A program made the translations under genes and the position numbers. From NCBI RefSeq assembly GCF_031769215.1, contig NW_026782019.1:558001-622000 (forward strand): 64,000 nt of DNA. Reading direction: 5' to 3'. Of this stretch, positions 1 through 13,454 are shown one piece after another. Below the pieces are notes generated by a model, which saw only the letters and a list, made by a program, of their open reading frames with translations, was not told where the DNA came from and searched no databases. Positions within the stretch are counted from its first letter, which is position 1. Each line of letters opens with the position of its first letter. This stretch comes from Ylistrum balloti (Eukaryota).

Positions 1-570
1 ATTTAGTGTAGATAGTGATATATATATACCACATTTAGTGTAGATAGTGATATATATATATACCACATTAGTGTACAACACAGATATATAGTGATATATA
101 TACAACATTTAGTGATATATATAGTGATATATATACCACATTTAGTGTAGATAGTATATATATATATACCACATTTAGTGTAGATAGTGATATATATACC
201 ACATTTAGTGTAGATAGTGATATATATACAACATTTAGTGTTAGATAGTGATATATATACCACATTTAGTGTAGATAGTGATATATATATACCACATTAG
301 TGTAGATAGTGATATATATACCACATTTAGTGTAGATAGTGATATATATACCACATTTAGTGTAGATAGTGATATATATATACCACATTTAGTGTTGATA
401 GTGATATATATATATACCACATTTAGTGTAGATAGTGATATATATATACAACATTTAGTGTAGATAGTGATATATATATATACCACATTTAGTGTAGATA
501 GTGATATATATACCACATTTAGTGTAGATAGTGATATATATATATACCACATTTAGTGTAGATAGTAATA
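1..570. repeat. Minisatellite, ~30-34 nt unit with variable (TA)n tract; runs off the window start
   Basis: Tandem copies of ATTTAGTGTAGATAGTGATATATATA(TA)nCCAC read directly. The ORFs called here are repeat artefacts. Confidence 0.95.
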
Positions 571-2369
571 TTCATACAACAGTTAGTGTATACAACAGTG
601 TTTGTAATGATATGTATACAACAGCTAGTCTTGATAACGAGAGTTATGATAATCTGCTGTCGGTAATGACATTTACAAAATCGATATTCAAGTAACTGAT
701 ATCAATTAAACAGTGATTGGTGATCGTGACTTCATACGCCTTCGTATACACGAGCGCAGTGATTTTTATGCATATCATATTTTCTTGTCGCACATAAAAT
801 ATCCCATTACAATAGCGTTTTATGTTTTAATTACTTGTACCTAACAAGTATGTAGATTATCTGTTCACAAACGTCTATAGGAATAAGAATGGTAATAACA
901 ATAGTAATAATATTTGTATCAATCCGTATGGTCCTCAATTCAAATATCTACCTTTTATTTCATTTACGTCATAATCACTGGTTTGACAGATTTGCACGTT
1001 CAAAGTAAGTGTTAAAGAACTTTCTCATTAGTACTTTGCGAAAGTTGATATGTTATTCGAATATTTTACAAAATTGTATAAACATGTACAAGAAAGTTGT
1101 GTTGTGTGTTTTGCGATTCTTTTTGTTTTTGTGACGATGCTTTCGATCTGAAAGGGAAATCGGGTGCATGTTTCCATTTCTGTTGACATCCGAATATTGA
1201 ATTCATTGATAACCTTGTGCAAACATCATTTACAGGACTTATAAACACAAAATTGAAGTAGTCCCCTCGGTATCATAATTGAAACATATATGTGAAAGCT
1301 GAAACTACATGTGCTTCCTACTATTTCAGTATTGTTAAAGCACTTTTCTCTGAAGAGAGTACCAATTTCCGTAGCCAAAGGTTGTTTAACGTGATAAGCT
1401 TTGGACTTGCGTGGATAGTAAGGAACACTTGATTGGTCGGAAGTAACGGAAAACATTATAACTGTAACGCTATCGTGATGTACATGCAAGACATTGTAAA
1501 AACGCACTCAGTATGTACTCTGTCTTACTTCCTTATACAAACATGATATCCGGCACAGCGCCTAGATAAGAAGACACGGGAGAGGCTGTTGAACTGTTTT
1601 TGTTTTTTAATACAAGGAATTATTGTCCAACGTGTTAGGGACACAGAAGACTATTTGAATGATTTACAGCTCGCGGATTTTTACTCAGATACAATTCCTT
1701 ATGGAATTGAATTAAAAGTAACGTAGTCATTCTTGATATCCTTTCCAAGACCTGTAACAGACTTCTAACACAAAGGGGAATCGATTAGACAAGTCAATGA
1801 TTTGCTAGAATTACATTTAATCTTACATGTTTTGTTTATGTTTACAAATAACTGTCATTTACTCACCATGTTATTTACATAGCATATTAAGCATAAATTA
1901 AAATGCAATAAAAATAGAACCAAAATTGTTCATAAAGTATTAAAAAAAACACGAAATATTAAAAGAACTTTATATTTTACTACAGAACACACGTGGTTTG
2001 AATTTGAAGTAAGCACTAGACATCCGTTAGTGTCTCATTGACATATTACCACACCTAGATTGTCCTAATTACTGATTAATGCATCCTGTTTACGATTAAT
2101 CTACTGTAGAAACAATCCCGTAAACAATATGCTATGGTACAAACGTATAGATTATCATATTTATGATTTGTATTTACGGTATATTGATAACAGATTAAAA
2201 ACATCGTCTCATTTCGTCCCTGAAGCAAATATCCATCATGATATGATCTGTTGTTTGTTAATATTGACACGACATAATGGAGAGTTGTAGGATGTGAAAA
2301 ATAAAAAATTGATTATGGTCCTATGGTTTGATCTTTATTGAAACAGTCTCAAAACATTATACTTGTTCA

Positions 2370-2760
2370 TGAAACACACTCGTGGCATTGGGCTTTTAAA
2401 ATTATTGAAAATAATCGTAACGTATTACGGTCGTCATTTTGATCTTATTGAGAAATATTCTATTTCTTTGTGCGGTATGGAGTTAGACGTGTTCGTAAGA
2501 GTTTACCAGCTGTTTCTATTGTTGTATACCTTATTCTCATTTGAAAACGCGATGCTACTTAATAGATTCACAAATATTTACATTGTGGATGTCTTCGATG
2601 AAGCAGAAAACACTTATTTTCTGGAACACCTGGTCTTATTCTCCTTGTACATTTTCATGAGTCTCTGTATAAACGTTTTTTGTTTCTATTTTACCCTAGT
2701 TTTAATCAATTTGATTTTGGATTATGAATATATTGACATGTTAGTAATTTCTTAATGTTT
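2370..2760 (+). mobile_element. Penelope-like retroelement fragment (RT C-terminal end plus 3' region)
   Basis: Translation contains YYGRHFDLIEKYSISLCGMELDVF, matching the 'KFYGRHHDLVxRYxISVSQMxxDxF' end of invertebrate Penelope-like RT ORFs (recalled family motif). It is followed by the dispersed motif GATGAAGCAGAAAACACTTATTTTCTGGAACACCTGGTCTTATTCTCC, seen in several other copies in the window. Confidence 0.7.
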
Positions 2761-3815
2761 TTGTTACTAAACAGAAAAAGATAAAGTTTCATCTGAATTT
2801 AGAATATCTTTCATCTTGTCACCAAATATTTCGTCATCTTAAAATAATTTCTTTACATATCTGGACATGTTAACAAGTTTTTTTTCTTGATGCTTTTTAA
2901 AAGTGTGCATTTTTATTGAATCACTGTTGTCAGGAAAGCGCATATGTTATTCAACATTTCCAAATCAATCATTTCTATATATATAGAAGGATTACTTTCA
3001 ATTGCCGACAGAACATTTATTTCATTCAGTAAAATGACCGATTAATTTTCTGTGTTATCAGCAGGTATCGTTGCGACAGTTCGTTTCATAGAATACCTGA
3101 CATTCAGTTTAGGTGACTGACGTTTAATATAGAGAAAAAATGTGCAAGACACACATGTAGACAAGTTTATAAACGATCAAAATCGTAAAAATATTTTTCT
3201 ATCATCGTTTGATTTATGAGGAAACGAAATGAATAATTGGGCTGCTGAAAAGATCTGTATGTGTTGTATGTAAGGTGATTGACTATTCTAGTGCTTCCAG
3301 CGGAAGCGGTGTTAGGTATTACTCAAGGGACATTGGATTCGTATAAAGTTTTTGCTATAATTACAATGTACTCTAGAACTAGGCCTTGTAAATATAAGGG
3401 CGATACTGCTAAGTTCAGTGATCTCTATGCATTGTTTGCTCAGTTGATTCGAACGTAACCTACTCGGCACAAAATCTTTCAACCAGTATTTAAAGGCAAC
3501 ATTATCATAAAGTTAACATCAGTTGACGTCTTCCTGGAAGGAACATAACCAGTGGTAAATGATGTTGCTATCCTGGCACATTGTGTTGTTTTCTAGGGCT
3601 GTGTTTTGAGTACAACATCAGTGTTAATGTCGAGGATTACATTTCGCTATGTTGTCATTATTTTCTTGATGTGTTCAAAACGATAGAGTTGGGATAATAA
3701 CTCAGAAAGTAATAAAAGCACATTAAATGACATCAAAATAGTATTTATTTCCAATACTTTGCGGCACATACATAAACAAAAATGATCATCTATTGGCATT
3801 GTCACGGTTCAGGTA

Positions 3816-4031
3816 CTACAGGTCAAGGTACATCACCTGTGTTGCACAGCATGCACCCAAGAAGCTAAAGATGGCCGCCGCCACCACGATAGCGACACTA
3901 CTGCCGACAGCGTCGATGATTGTACCGACGAATGCAGAAAGGATGAATTGTGCCAAGAACACCATACTACTTACCACCGCAACGTCCGTTCCGAGGCCCC
4001 GGACCGTCTTGTCTACAGGATTCGTAGAGAA
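3816..4031 (-). CDS. SLC45: SLC45-family transporter, last coding exon (71 aa + TAG)
   Basis: Acceptor ttcattcag|TTC at 4032/4031, phase 0. Translates FSTNPVDKTVRGLGTDVAVVSSMVFLAQFILSAFVGTIIDAVGSSVAIVVAAAIFSFLGACCATQVMYLDL*. RGxGxDxA is the SLC45 C-terminal motif. Not in the ORF track because it has no ATG. Confidence 0.93.
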   Translation of the reverse strand, partial: FSTNPVDKTVRGLGTDVAVVSSMVFLAQFILSAFVGTIIDAVGSSVAIVVAAAIFSFLGACCATQVMYLDL

Positions 4032-4647
4032 CTGAATGAAAACGAATCAAATTTAAGATAGTCTTTAACTTTTCTTTTCGTGTGTTAATTTAACTAATAA
4101 TTGGGTATTTAAGAAGGAGTACAATGAATTTATATGAACGATATTGAATAATGTAATGTCATTTTTGTACTATTCAAAAGGCTGTGCCGATGGGTTCTAA
4201 ACTGCAAAAAGAACGGTTAGCATTGTTTGGTAGATATATGATCAATTTATTTTGAAATATGAGGAAGTAAAACGTTTTGCTGTCTTTCAACTTTCTTGGT
4301 CGTTCAGTGAAAAGTGCCTGACTGTTTGGTTAATTGATTAAATCGTAAATATGACACATCAAGGGAAGGTTGTCCTTAGAAACACATGCAGATGTTTTAA
4401 CCTCCATTATTAATTAACACTTCAATGACAAAAGACAACAAGAAAATTCCAACATATCAACATAATCATAATCAAACATGTTTCAAAAGAGTCTGTTATT
4501 TTTTTCCGAATATGTACCTCGTGAATTGAAAAATAGTTTTTTTTGTAATAGAAGGGGGTTAATTTTGTTAATCATAGATTTTTATGCTGATGCACACACG
4601 ATTTACCTCCCTTTATTCACAAAATCTTTATTACTGACAAATCTTAC

Positions 4648-4823
4648 CTGACCATTGGTGTGATAGTTCGCCAGTAATAAATATGGCATTGTAAACAATG
4701 TGGCATACATTATCCCTGCTGACGGGGAAAGCAGGACAGCTGCAATTCGGTGTCTAGTGATAGCCATTATTATCATTCCGAATGTGTACACAAGCTGTCC
4801 ACCAATGTATACCTTTTTGGCCC
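4648..4823 (-). CDS. SLC45: SLC45-family transporter, second coding exon (176 nt)
   Basis: Acceptor ttttcag|GG (phase 1) and donor CAG|gtaaga (phase 0). Encodes (R)AKKVYIGGQLVYTFGMIIMAITRHRIAAVLLSPSAGIMYATLFTMPYLLLANYHTNGQ. Phases join both neighbouring exons in frame. Confidence 0.93.
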
Positions 4824-7685
4824 CTGAAAATGACAAAATCATAAATATTACACAGAAAAGTATAGCATTATACTTTGTAAGAATGATTACTAAATTATTG
4901 TTCTGAGTAAATTAAAATAAACTTGTGTCGAGACATTTCCATTCCAAGCAGGGTCCTTGGACATGTTGTAATAAATGTTCCCTACACAAAAATAAGCCAC
5001 ACGTACGTGAACATTAAGTACGGAATATTGTCCAGGTTATTGATCTATCGGATAACAAATTACATACATTCAACGCCGATGTTTTTTAAGGTAGAAAACA
5101 AATTACTTATTTGGTTTTGAGGTTTTGCATCAACACAACAACATGGATAACAGATTCTAAGACAATGATGAACTCAGTAGCATAACATCCTACAACGGGC
5201 TAATAGAATATCTCACTCCCTTTGTTTAAGATATGGAGCTCAATCCAATTGGGAAATGCTAGATGTTTAAATTTGCAAAGACTGGTCTGGAGGAGTTTTT
5301 ACTAAATGATGTTTTTGAAAAAAAAAACAAGAACCATTTATCTTCTGTGGGTTATGTAAGCGATCTCCATCCACATGGTAAGATTACTAAGTAGCAGAAA
5401 CTCGGCAAGACTCATTATAACCAATACAATAATATCTTTCTCCTATGGGAGTGAAAGTTTCTACTGAACTCCATATCTTCAAAACCTTTTACTTATGCTA
5501 AATGAAGCAAAGTAAATAGTTTCATAAGGAATAGAGAAAAAAATAATTTTGCCGTCATCTCCGATTCATGTAAATTGTTATCACTTTGCTCAATGAATGC
5601 TTAACCATACCTTTTATGTAAGTAATCATATTCACCACCTGATACCGATTCCCCATTTGTACCATCATGGCTGGTATAAAATAGGAATGAAACCATTTAC
5701 TTATCTTTTAATTCTGCCTTAAAAGGACACGATTAGAAGAAAACCTTTCATCTTAAGACGCAGGAAATCTGAATAGAGTGTAAGCCTTTCATCTTCAGAT
5801 TCGTACTTATATTACTGAACAATCTCTTCTGCACCATCGCATCAATTATTAACACAAGATAGTGAGTGTGAAGTATTATGTTTGGATTCAATAGTATGAC
5901 AGCACCTGTGTTCAGCCTCGTGCAAAAACAGTAACCATTCAAGACGTAGTTAAAGTTCAGTGTATTCTTTGACAAAATATAGAAGAATATATCTGGTTTC
6001 ACCGAGTTTTCTGCGATACAAAATTAAAAGCATTAACAGAATGCCGAAATGACTTTACCGTATGAATTTTCTCTCTTTTTATCGAAAATGCTAGTTATTT
6101 ATCAGTTAATAAAAGGACGTTCGAATGATAATTTTTATAACAATTTTGTCGACAGAAAGATGCTTATTTAGGATCACTACGATTTTGAACGTAAGTATTT
6201 TTTGCGATATCATCATTCCTTGATCGGTTTGGGGAATATATTTTTGATAGAGGCAACGTGTCTCCTCGACAGTTTATTGGAATTGTTATGATGGGTTGCA
6301 ACAATTTTATGTATTGCCAATCATTTAATAAGAGAAACATGTAAAAAAATAAAAATAACATCATCGTCAGTGCTTTGTTATATTTATGTTCTTAGAATGG
6401 TGATATTGAACTTGACTGTGTAAAGACAATTATTTCATCATGGAAGATGTTTGCGCTGCACATGCTTCCTGGATTTTGGGTAGACATCTTTTACCTACGA
6501 GACGTTATACACAAAAGACTCTCAATGTGTTGTTTAACATGTGTTAATTATGAAAGAATCAGATAACATTAAATAATATGTGATAAGTTAGGAATACAAT
6601 TTTATAGATATTATAGCACTGTTTTTGTAGAAATGAAAAAAATGAGCGAAATTTCACATTTATTTCAAAAAAAGAAAAGTAAATGGTTTGAATACAGGCC
6701 ATGAACATCAGTGAATATTGATATCTTGCGGTATTTTTCCTTTTACACAATTATGTAATTATTTACCCTTGACATGTTGGCACGCGATGTAATAAAGAAG
6801 GTCGATCGATAAGAAAATAGTATAATGCTTGCTATATAAACTGATAGTTAAAACTTAATTAAGTGTCCGGCTGTCCTACAGATTTCATCGTGTTGGTCGT
6901 TTATTCCCGACAACATGTAATAGAATAACGCTTTGTACGTCTAAATACTCATTTCCGTATCACATGAATACAGATTCTCTCTGCCCACGTGTCTGGGGTA
7001 ATGGTAATGCTAAAATAACAAAGTAATCCATCAGGATTATAGATTCGTATAACCGGTCGGCCTTTCCCTATTTTTGTATGCTAAGTATACATTTCAAATC
7101 AACTTTGCACTCTGTATACCGGGGACTCCTTAATGGCGCGCGCCTGTCTCATTAAGCTTTTCCAGTATGCAAGACAGGTAGGCGCCATTTTGAATTGCCA
7201 GTTCCGGAGGCTAAAAATAAATGTTAGTAGCGTGCTGTCTGGAAAGTTTAAATTAAGAGTAAATTAAGCAGTGCCATTGAAGGAAGTGCTAACATGGAAC
7301 ATCGGGAAAAAACAAATAGCCGCTCTGATATCAGATATATCAGACCTGTGATGTCATTGTTTGCTTTTTTCTAATTATTACTGATTTCATTAGTGAGTAA
7401 ATGATATATCAGTTTTCAATAAGCGACAATTACAATAAACATATCGTTAAATTTGCGATAACCATATCAGAGCATTTCACAGTGTACCGAAAATTAAAAC
7501 GTCTAACATCTTACACGTGACTCGATATAGGATATGAAGAATTTTTTTTACGGTTTTCCAGTAACAAGCATACTATTTTAGCTGTAGCAAGCGTTTATCA
7601 TGCCCAATGATTTGTTGTGTTGGTTCTGATGCTGTTTAATGCTGTTGCTACCGCTGAGGTGGTTACATAAGTGAAATATACTTAC

Positions 7686-9447
7686 TAAATCTGTCGACGA
7701 ACTTTTCTATGCACAACGAATACATGGCACAGGACAGAGAGTACAGAGACATCCCGAACGATCCTAATCGGACCCCCGCTTCATAAAGTTCATGCTTCAC
7801 GCTTCCTACTGGAGCCAAGGGGTCGCCCTCGAATATCGCCTGACCGACAAAGTCTGTGAAGTACAAAGAATAGCAAACCAAGGACATCCAACAGAACAAG
7901 TTAGTCAGACACAAGATGGCAATAGATCGAGGCATGTGGATGATAGACAACAGGTAAGTTTTTAACGTCACTTCCGTCGAGTATGTTACAATATTGTCAA
8001 CTGTCGATTCGGTGATTGCACTAACATTTGCTTTGTCTTTTTCAAGACCAGTATCATCAGAAGATTTTCGGGCTCCACCATTTTGAACCATTAATCCTTC
8101 ATCCAATGAATATTTCCGAGAAGACTTTTTATCGATTGATTGTTTCAATATTTCCCTCGCTTCGTCTTCATTCGTATTATTTCGGCTTTTCCCGAAACTA
8201 CTTCCTGGCTTGCTATCGTCGAATGGCATTTTTCCTTTTCCAGATTTGTTTTCTGTTTTAGCGGCCTCGCCGTTTTCTCGACTGTTAGAAGATCTTATTC
8301 CGGAACTTGAGTGATCAATTACACCTTTTATCGAACTACTTCCGGCTTTAGTTTCATCCAAAGTACCATAGCTTGCAGACATTGTTTGTTTGAGATTCTT
8401 ACTATTTCCTCGAAGCTCGTCTTCCGATTCAGAGGAAGATGTTTCCTCATTCACAAATTTCTTGTATTTTGATTTTCCTTTCTTTTTCTTTTTTCTTTGC
8501 ATTTGTTCCGCCCTACCTCCTCGTAACTCGTCAAGAGGCACCTCCTTAAAACTAGTAACAGTGACTAATACACAGAATACATACGCAATAAGCACCACAG
8601 TGAATACTACTCTCGTGTGACCTCCAAATGATTTCCCGAAATTTGTTTTATTCCAATCTATTCCGCCCATTATGTATCCCACGGAACCTCCAAGACCTGC
8701 CAAAACCGTGAAGGATGTAAGCCCTGCAGAGTGGTCTTCCGCAATACTAATATCCAGTAAGTAGGCCCTACAAGGAGACTGGGCGGCATCACTACTGAAA
8801 TCTAGTAATGCTACACCAAATATTGTTAAAATGATTCCGGACACGTGGTTATCTGGAATTTTGGGAATGTGCCATTCCGAACTTGTAAAATTTCCGAGTT
8901 GCTCTGTTTCCATTTTGTCTAGATTTGTATCGTTATCAGCGTCATTTAAACTGGAATTCAGCGACGTTTTGTTTGTATGATGTGTACCATAGTCTCCGAT
9001 GTATTCACCCAAAGTCTCTCCGTTCGGAACTAATATCAACCCGATGATTATTCCAGCTGATAGTAACAGAATGAAGGGTCTCCGCCGTCCATACTGTAGT
9101 CGACAACGGTCACTCATGGATCCAAGGAGCGGAACAAGAATGAATCCCATCAGAGGACTGACACACCACACAAGTGTCATCAGAGATATAGGGACTCCTA
9201 GTTTGAGTAAGATAGGGCTGACGAAAGCTGTTTCAGCGGCGTAGCACAATTCTATACCACAAACAGCTGCACTAAGTCGCATCAGTTGCCATCTTGATTT
9301 TTTCGTCGCGAGATGCTTGTAATTTGTGTCGCTTCCTGCGTCCATCAAAGTAGTCAACCCCTCGCCAAAGGATATGACGTAAGGTTGTGCCTGATCTGTG
9401 ACTCTTTTGAGGACCTGGATGGTCGAGGTAAGAAGTCCAATCGACAT
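7686..9447 (-). CDS. SLC45: SLC45-family (MATP / proton-associated sugar transporter, lovit-like) MFS transporter, first coding exon. Full CDS join(9447..7686,4823..4648,4031..3816) = 717 aa
   Basis: ATG at 9447 in AAAATG context, 10 nt after an acceptor ttttcag at 9458. Donor TTTA|gtaagt at 7685. Motifs LSAAVCGIELCYAAETAFVSP, GSMSDRCRLQYGRRRPFI, LDFSSDAAQSPCRAYLLD and CWMSLVCYSLYFTDFVGQAIFEGDP are characteristic of SLC45/sucrose-transporter-like proteins. Subfamily (A1-A4) cannot be assigned by eye. Confidence 0.93.
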
Positions 9448-9554
9448 TTTTGCAGATCTGAAAATCATACAGAAAAACATCGAAATAAATAAATTGATGC
9501 ATATAAAAAAACAACAGGGGATATGTCTTAATTTTGGTTGCTAGCCGGCACATA

Positions 9555-9690
9555 TCAATGCCTTGTTCCCTTTTGCGAAACGTGATATTACCTGCTTAAA
9601 TTTACATGGCATGTGTCGTCGTTGAAGCTGAAGACGCGTTCTCTTTCGGAACATCTGGTCTTATTATCTTTGTGTAAATATATCTTTTGT
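9555..9690 (+). mobile_element. Penelope-like element 3' region fragment
   Basis: Contains TTTACATGGCATGTGTCGTCGTTGAAGCTGAAGACGCGTTCTCTTTCGGAACATCTGGTCTTATT, a reverse-complement homolog of the copy at 10270-10380. Confidence 0.6.
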
Positions 9691-10229
9691 CCTTATTTTG
9701 CTCCGATTTGATTGAATTAGAATTTGATTCATGATTCTGATCACATGTTGATATTTTCGTCGTGTTCTTGACTAATTCTTCCCTATTACATTTCACAATA
9801 CTCCTCAATCTCCCTCAAAATAATTCATTCAAAAGAACGATACTTTTTATCGTTACAAACAACATCACACAGAGCTCCTCTCCTACGTTGCTAAGGTAAA
9901 AGTGTGTTTTAATTGTTGGCAGATTACATTTTATTCATATTTATGACACCTGTTCAGGAAATATAACGGTAATAAATACTACTCCATTACAGTTGTGCTG
10001 ATGAGATATAGCACTTCATCAAATTCATATCACGTTCCAGTGATGAGACACCGTTATCACCAATTAGACAGGTGCTTTATAAGCCATTGCATTGAAACTA
10101 GACGATGTTCCTGTCTGGATCCAGGCGAAAGGAAGGTTGGAAAAAAAAAAATGAAGAAAATACCGACATAGCAACATAATCATTATTCAAACTCAAATTC
10201 CACAAACCAGGGCAAATAATGTCAAAAAG

Positions 10230-10660
10230 AAAACGATTTACACGGAGGCTCTCGAAAAAAGGACAGGAGAATAAGACCAGATGTTCCGAAAGAGTCAGCG
10301 TCTTCTGTTTTATCAACGACATCCGCCATGTAAACCTTGGTCAATAAAAATAAGTAATGTCACGTTCTTTAATAAGAGCAAGGTAAACAACAACCAAACC
10401 AGTAGGTAAACTTTCGAGCATCAAATATGTCCAGCGTCATGTCGCACAAAGAAATATTTCTAAATGGCGACCATAAACCTTCCTCAAAATTTCATCAACC
10501 AGCATATTTTGAACTCTTTTGTTACGAGTTTTTCAGGTAGATGACGTCTTGCTGGAATATCGTTATAATGGGACAGGTTCTTAGATACCGAATCAACTGT
10601 GACATGTAAATACCATAGGTTGGAGATGAAGATAAGTTATCTATTAAACCTTTTCCTTAT
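10230..10660 (-). mobile_element. Decayed Penelope-like retroelement (RT C-terminus plus 3' region)
   Basis: Minus-strand translation gives NLSSSPTYGIYMSQLIRYLRTC, then after frameshifts RKVYGRH, matching 'SNIPxxPAYGVYISQLIRYxRAC...RKFYGRHH'. Confidence 0.8.
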
Positions 10661-11736
10661 ACATTGAGGATTTTTTGCGAATTTGATAATTAAGAAAACT
10701 ATCAAGTAACAGCATAAATCATAAAGCGGCCAGCGTTATACTATCCCACGTCAAAATAGAAAATGATATTTCCATATCGTTTTGTTTTTGTAAATCAGTT
10801 TATTTCATGTTTAAGTGATTGTTTTCCTTTAAACTCAATTAAAAAATAAAATTAAATGTTATGATTATATTTTTCAATCATGCTTCTCATAGTCATGAAA
10901 TACATATATGTAAATTTGATATTCCAAGAAACCGTAAAATATTCTTTTAAAAGTTATTGATATGGGAACTTCAGCTTCGATGCTAGTCCTTGTGCCTTAG
11001 TCCAACATTCCAAATTTCATTAAAATTAAGATAACGATTATTTATCATATAAGTATGTTTAATTTAGTACATATCTATAAAGTAGCGTTAATGGATTTCT
11101 AGTTTCCTTTACCCAATATATATGATGGAAAGGCACATATTTGGTGCTCTCTGTCAAATTTTGGTACGGATCAATTTTCTTCGATTGATTGAGTTTAAGA
11201 TGTGCTCTTCACACAACACCGCGATTAATTGCTACTTCCGTTACTAGTTATAACCATTGACCACGATGACCGGTCTGCTGGACAAATGGACAGTGTCTAC
11301 TCGTCATATTATTCAATAAATTTAGCTTAGCACTTCTTGTAGAATATAGTTGTAGTGCATAGAAGTGGTATAGTAATTTAATTTTGCCGAGAACACGTCG
11401 GATATTGTATATCCTCTCATGCCAGTCAGAATTAGGAGGCCTCGGGGGTGATTCTATTCTATACACGATCTACCGATAACGCCATCAATATGTTTGTACA
11501 TATGGATTTTCTGGTTTGGAGATCACAGCTGGCAAGACTGATGTCGTCTGATCTATGTTCTCTAATATCTGACTTTTAAAACATAACAAGGTCACTTATA
11601 AATAGATAGATTCCAAACAAACGTTTCGCCGATTTATCGAATCAGCATAGACAAAATTGCTTTGAAAGCAGTCACCGTTTACTTAATAAAATATAGTCGA
11701 AATTTCAATTTTACCTCGTAGATAAGCATTACTCTC

Positions 11737-11738
<2 letters not shown>

Positions 11739-11783
<45 letters not shown>
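11739..11783. repeat. (TA)n microsatellite, ~22 units
   Basis: Read directly. Confidence 0.97.
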
Positions 11784-11786
<3 letters not shown>

Positions 11787-13454
11787 ATTGTCAGAACTCT
11801 ATTACATATGCTATGCGCAAAGCATTATGGAATTTGAAGACTAAATATAACTGCCTAATTTGCATGTTTTGTAATCAGTCCGTTATGTTCGATCAGAATA
11901 GGGTTACATTTATGAATTATGTAATTTGACATTTTTCGAAACTCAGAGAAATATACTGATCAGTTTTTGGATACAAACTTTGATTTGTATTATGTTTAAT
12001 TCCATCAGAAAATGAACATTTTCTTTAACGGTGACCACCTTAAAAGGAATCGAAATATATATTAGCTTTGTCATGCTATATTTACAATGATAAATGCTTG
12101 GTATCGTTATGATATGACGGGAGGTAAATCAAGTATGTTCACATGATATCAACTATACATGGTCGATGTATTCAAAAGCCTAAGTACGGTCTTACCAGTT
12201 ACAATATTCCCTTGTGTTTTAACAACAGTCCGAATTCATAAGAGAAAATGGAGAGAGAAAAAAATAATAATAAAAAAAAACCAATTTCATCTTGTTTCTG
12301 TCTGGGTTTTATATTAGAACGATCAAATGAAAGATGACACAGTTTTCAATTATTTATAACCTCTATTTGGGTTTCAAATTTACGTTAAGATCTAAAAACC
12401 CCGGAGTAAGCAGTTTACTGAATATAAAAGTACACCATTCCAGTTCAAACTTTCCAAACCTCATCGAGAAATTTAATCTAGAAATAGATGTGAAAAAAAT
12501 ACATCTTAGCGGAAACCGTAGTTCTGCAGCAGAACCCAACCATACGAGTTAGCAACTGACATTTCAAATTGTTTGGTTGCTGCTCTTACGAGCACGAACA
12601 TTACCATATTTAGTTATTCAACGATCGTGCAGACCAGACATAACAATATATTTTTGGAAACTCGAGTCGAGCTCTTTATAGAAAATGATTTCTTTCTTCG
12701 TCAAAACTTCTTAAATTATTCATCAACAAACGTGGGTGATTTCTACATCAAACTTGGGGAAATGTTGGTTCCAAGTGCACAGGAAGTTTTTGATGATGAG
12801 TCAAAAATACATTCCAAGGCTAACAGGAAATCATTATACAAAATCGCTTGCTATAGCCGATAAGCACGTGTCAGCACTCGATAAACGGAACTGCGAGGTG
12901 TGGTAAAGACACATGATATCGGCAAATAGACACATTAACGATGACATGTAAAATAACAAGTTCATTAAACACTGCGAAGGGTGTCCTTTCAAACTTACCG
13001 CTTTATGCAATGTTTCTGCAATCTTGTGGTTTTCACCAAGTGACTAATATCAAATTAATTTGGTATCGATAGTGCAAAAGACGGAAATCAATTCCCAAAT
13101 TATTGTCACAAGAAAACAGTCACTGTCCGCCATAATCAGTAAAAGCGTTACAAATGACCATGTGACCAATCTATATTTCATATCAATATCTCAAATTGGA
13201 AAAATGGAGACGAATGCTAACTCGGTCAGTTTACATCTTATTACCGTTTTCGTATAAATCTTTATACGGCTAATGGGTTTTGCGACATTGACGGATACAA
13301 CTTCCTAGAAACTGTGATGTATAGTGATTGCGTTTGTCAATGGACTTCACAACTGTGCTTGGCTAAAAATAGTTAGTTGATTATCACATGATGATAACGT
13401 GGTAAAGCGTAATTAATATCTAGGAAAACAGGTAAGCATATCTGTTGAGACTAG

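Noticed and set aside
1028-1507. Two collinear minus-strand ORFs separated by one stop, with faint tyrosine-recombinase-like 'KQPL..IG' words
   Set aside because: Catalytic motifs are not recognisable; similarity is too weak to support without a search.
3793-4035. Plus-strand 80-aa ORF
   Set aside because: It is the antisense shadow of the last SLC45 exon.
9448-9480. ORF-track N-terminus MFFCMIFRSAK of the SLC45 ORF
   Set aside because: It runs through the polypyrimidine tract and acceptor at 9458; the likely start is ATG 9447.
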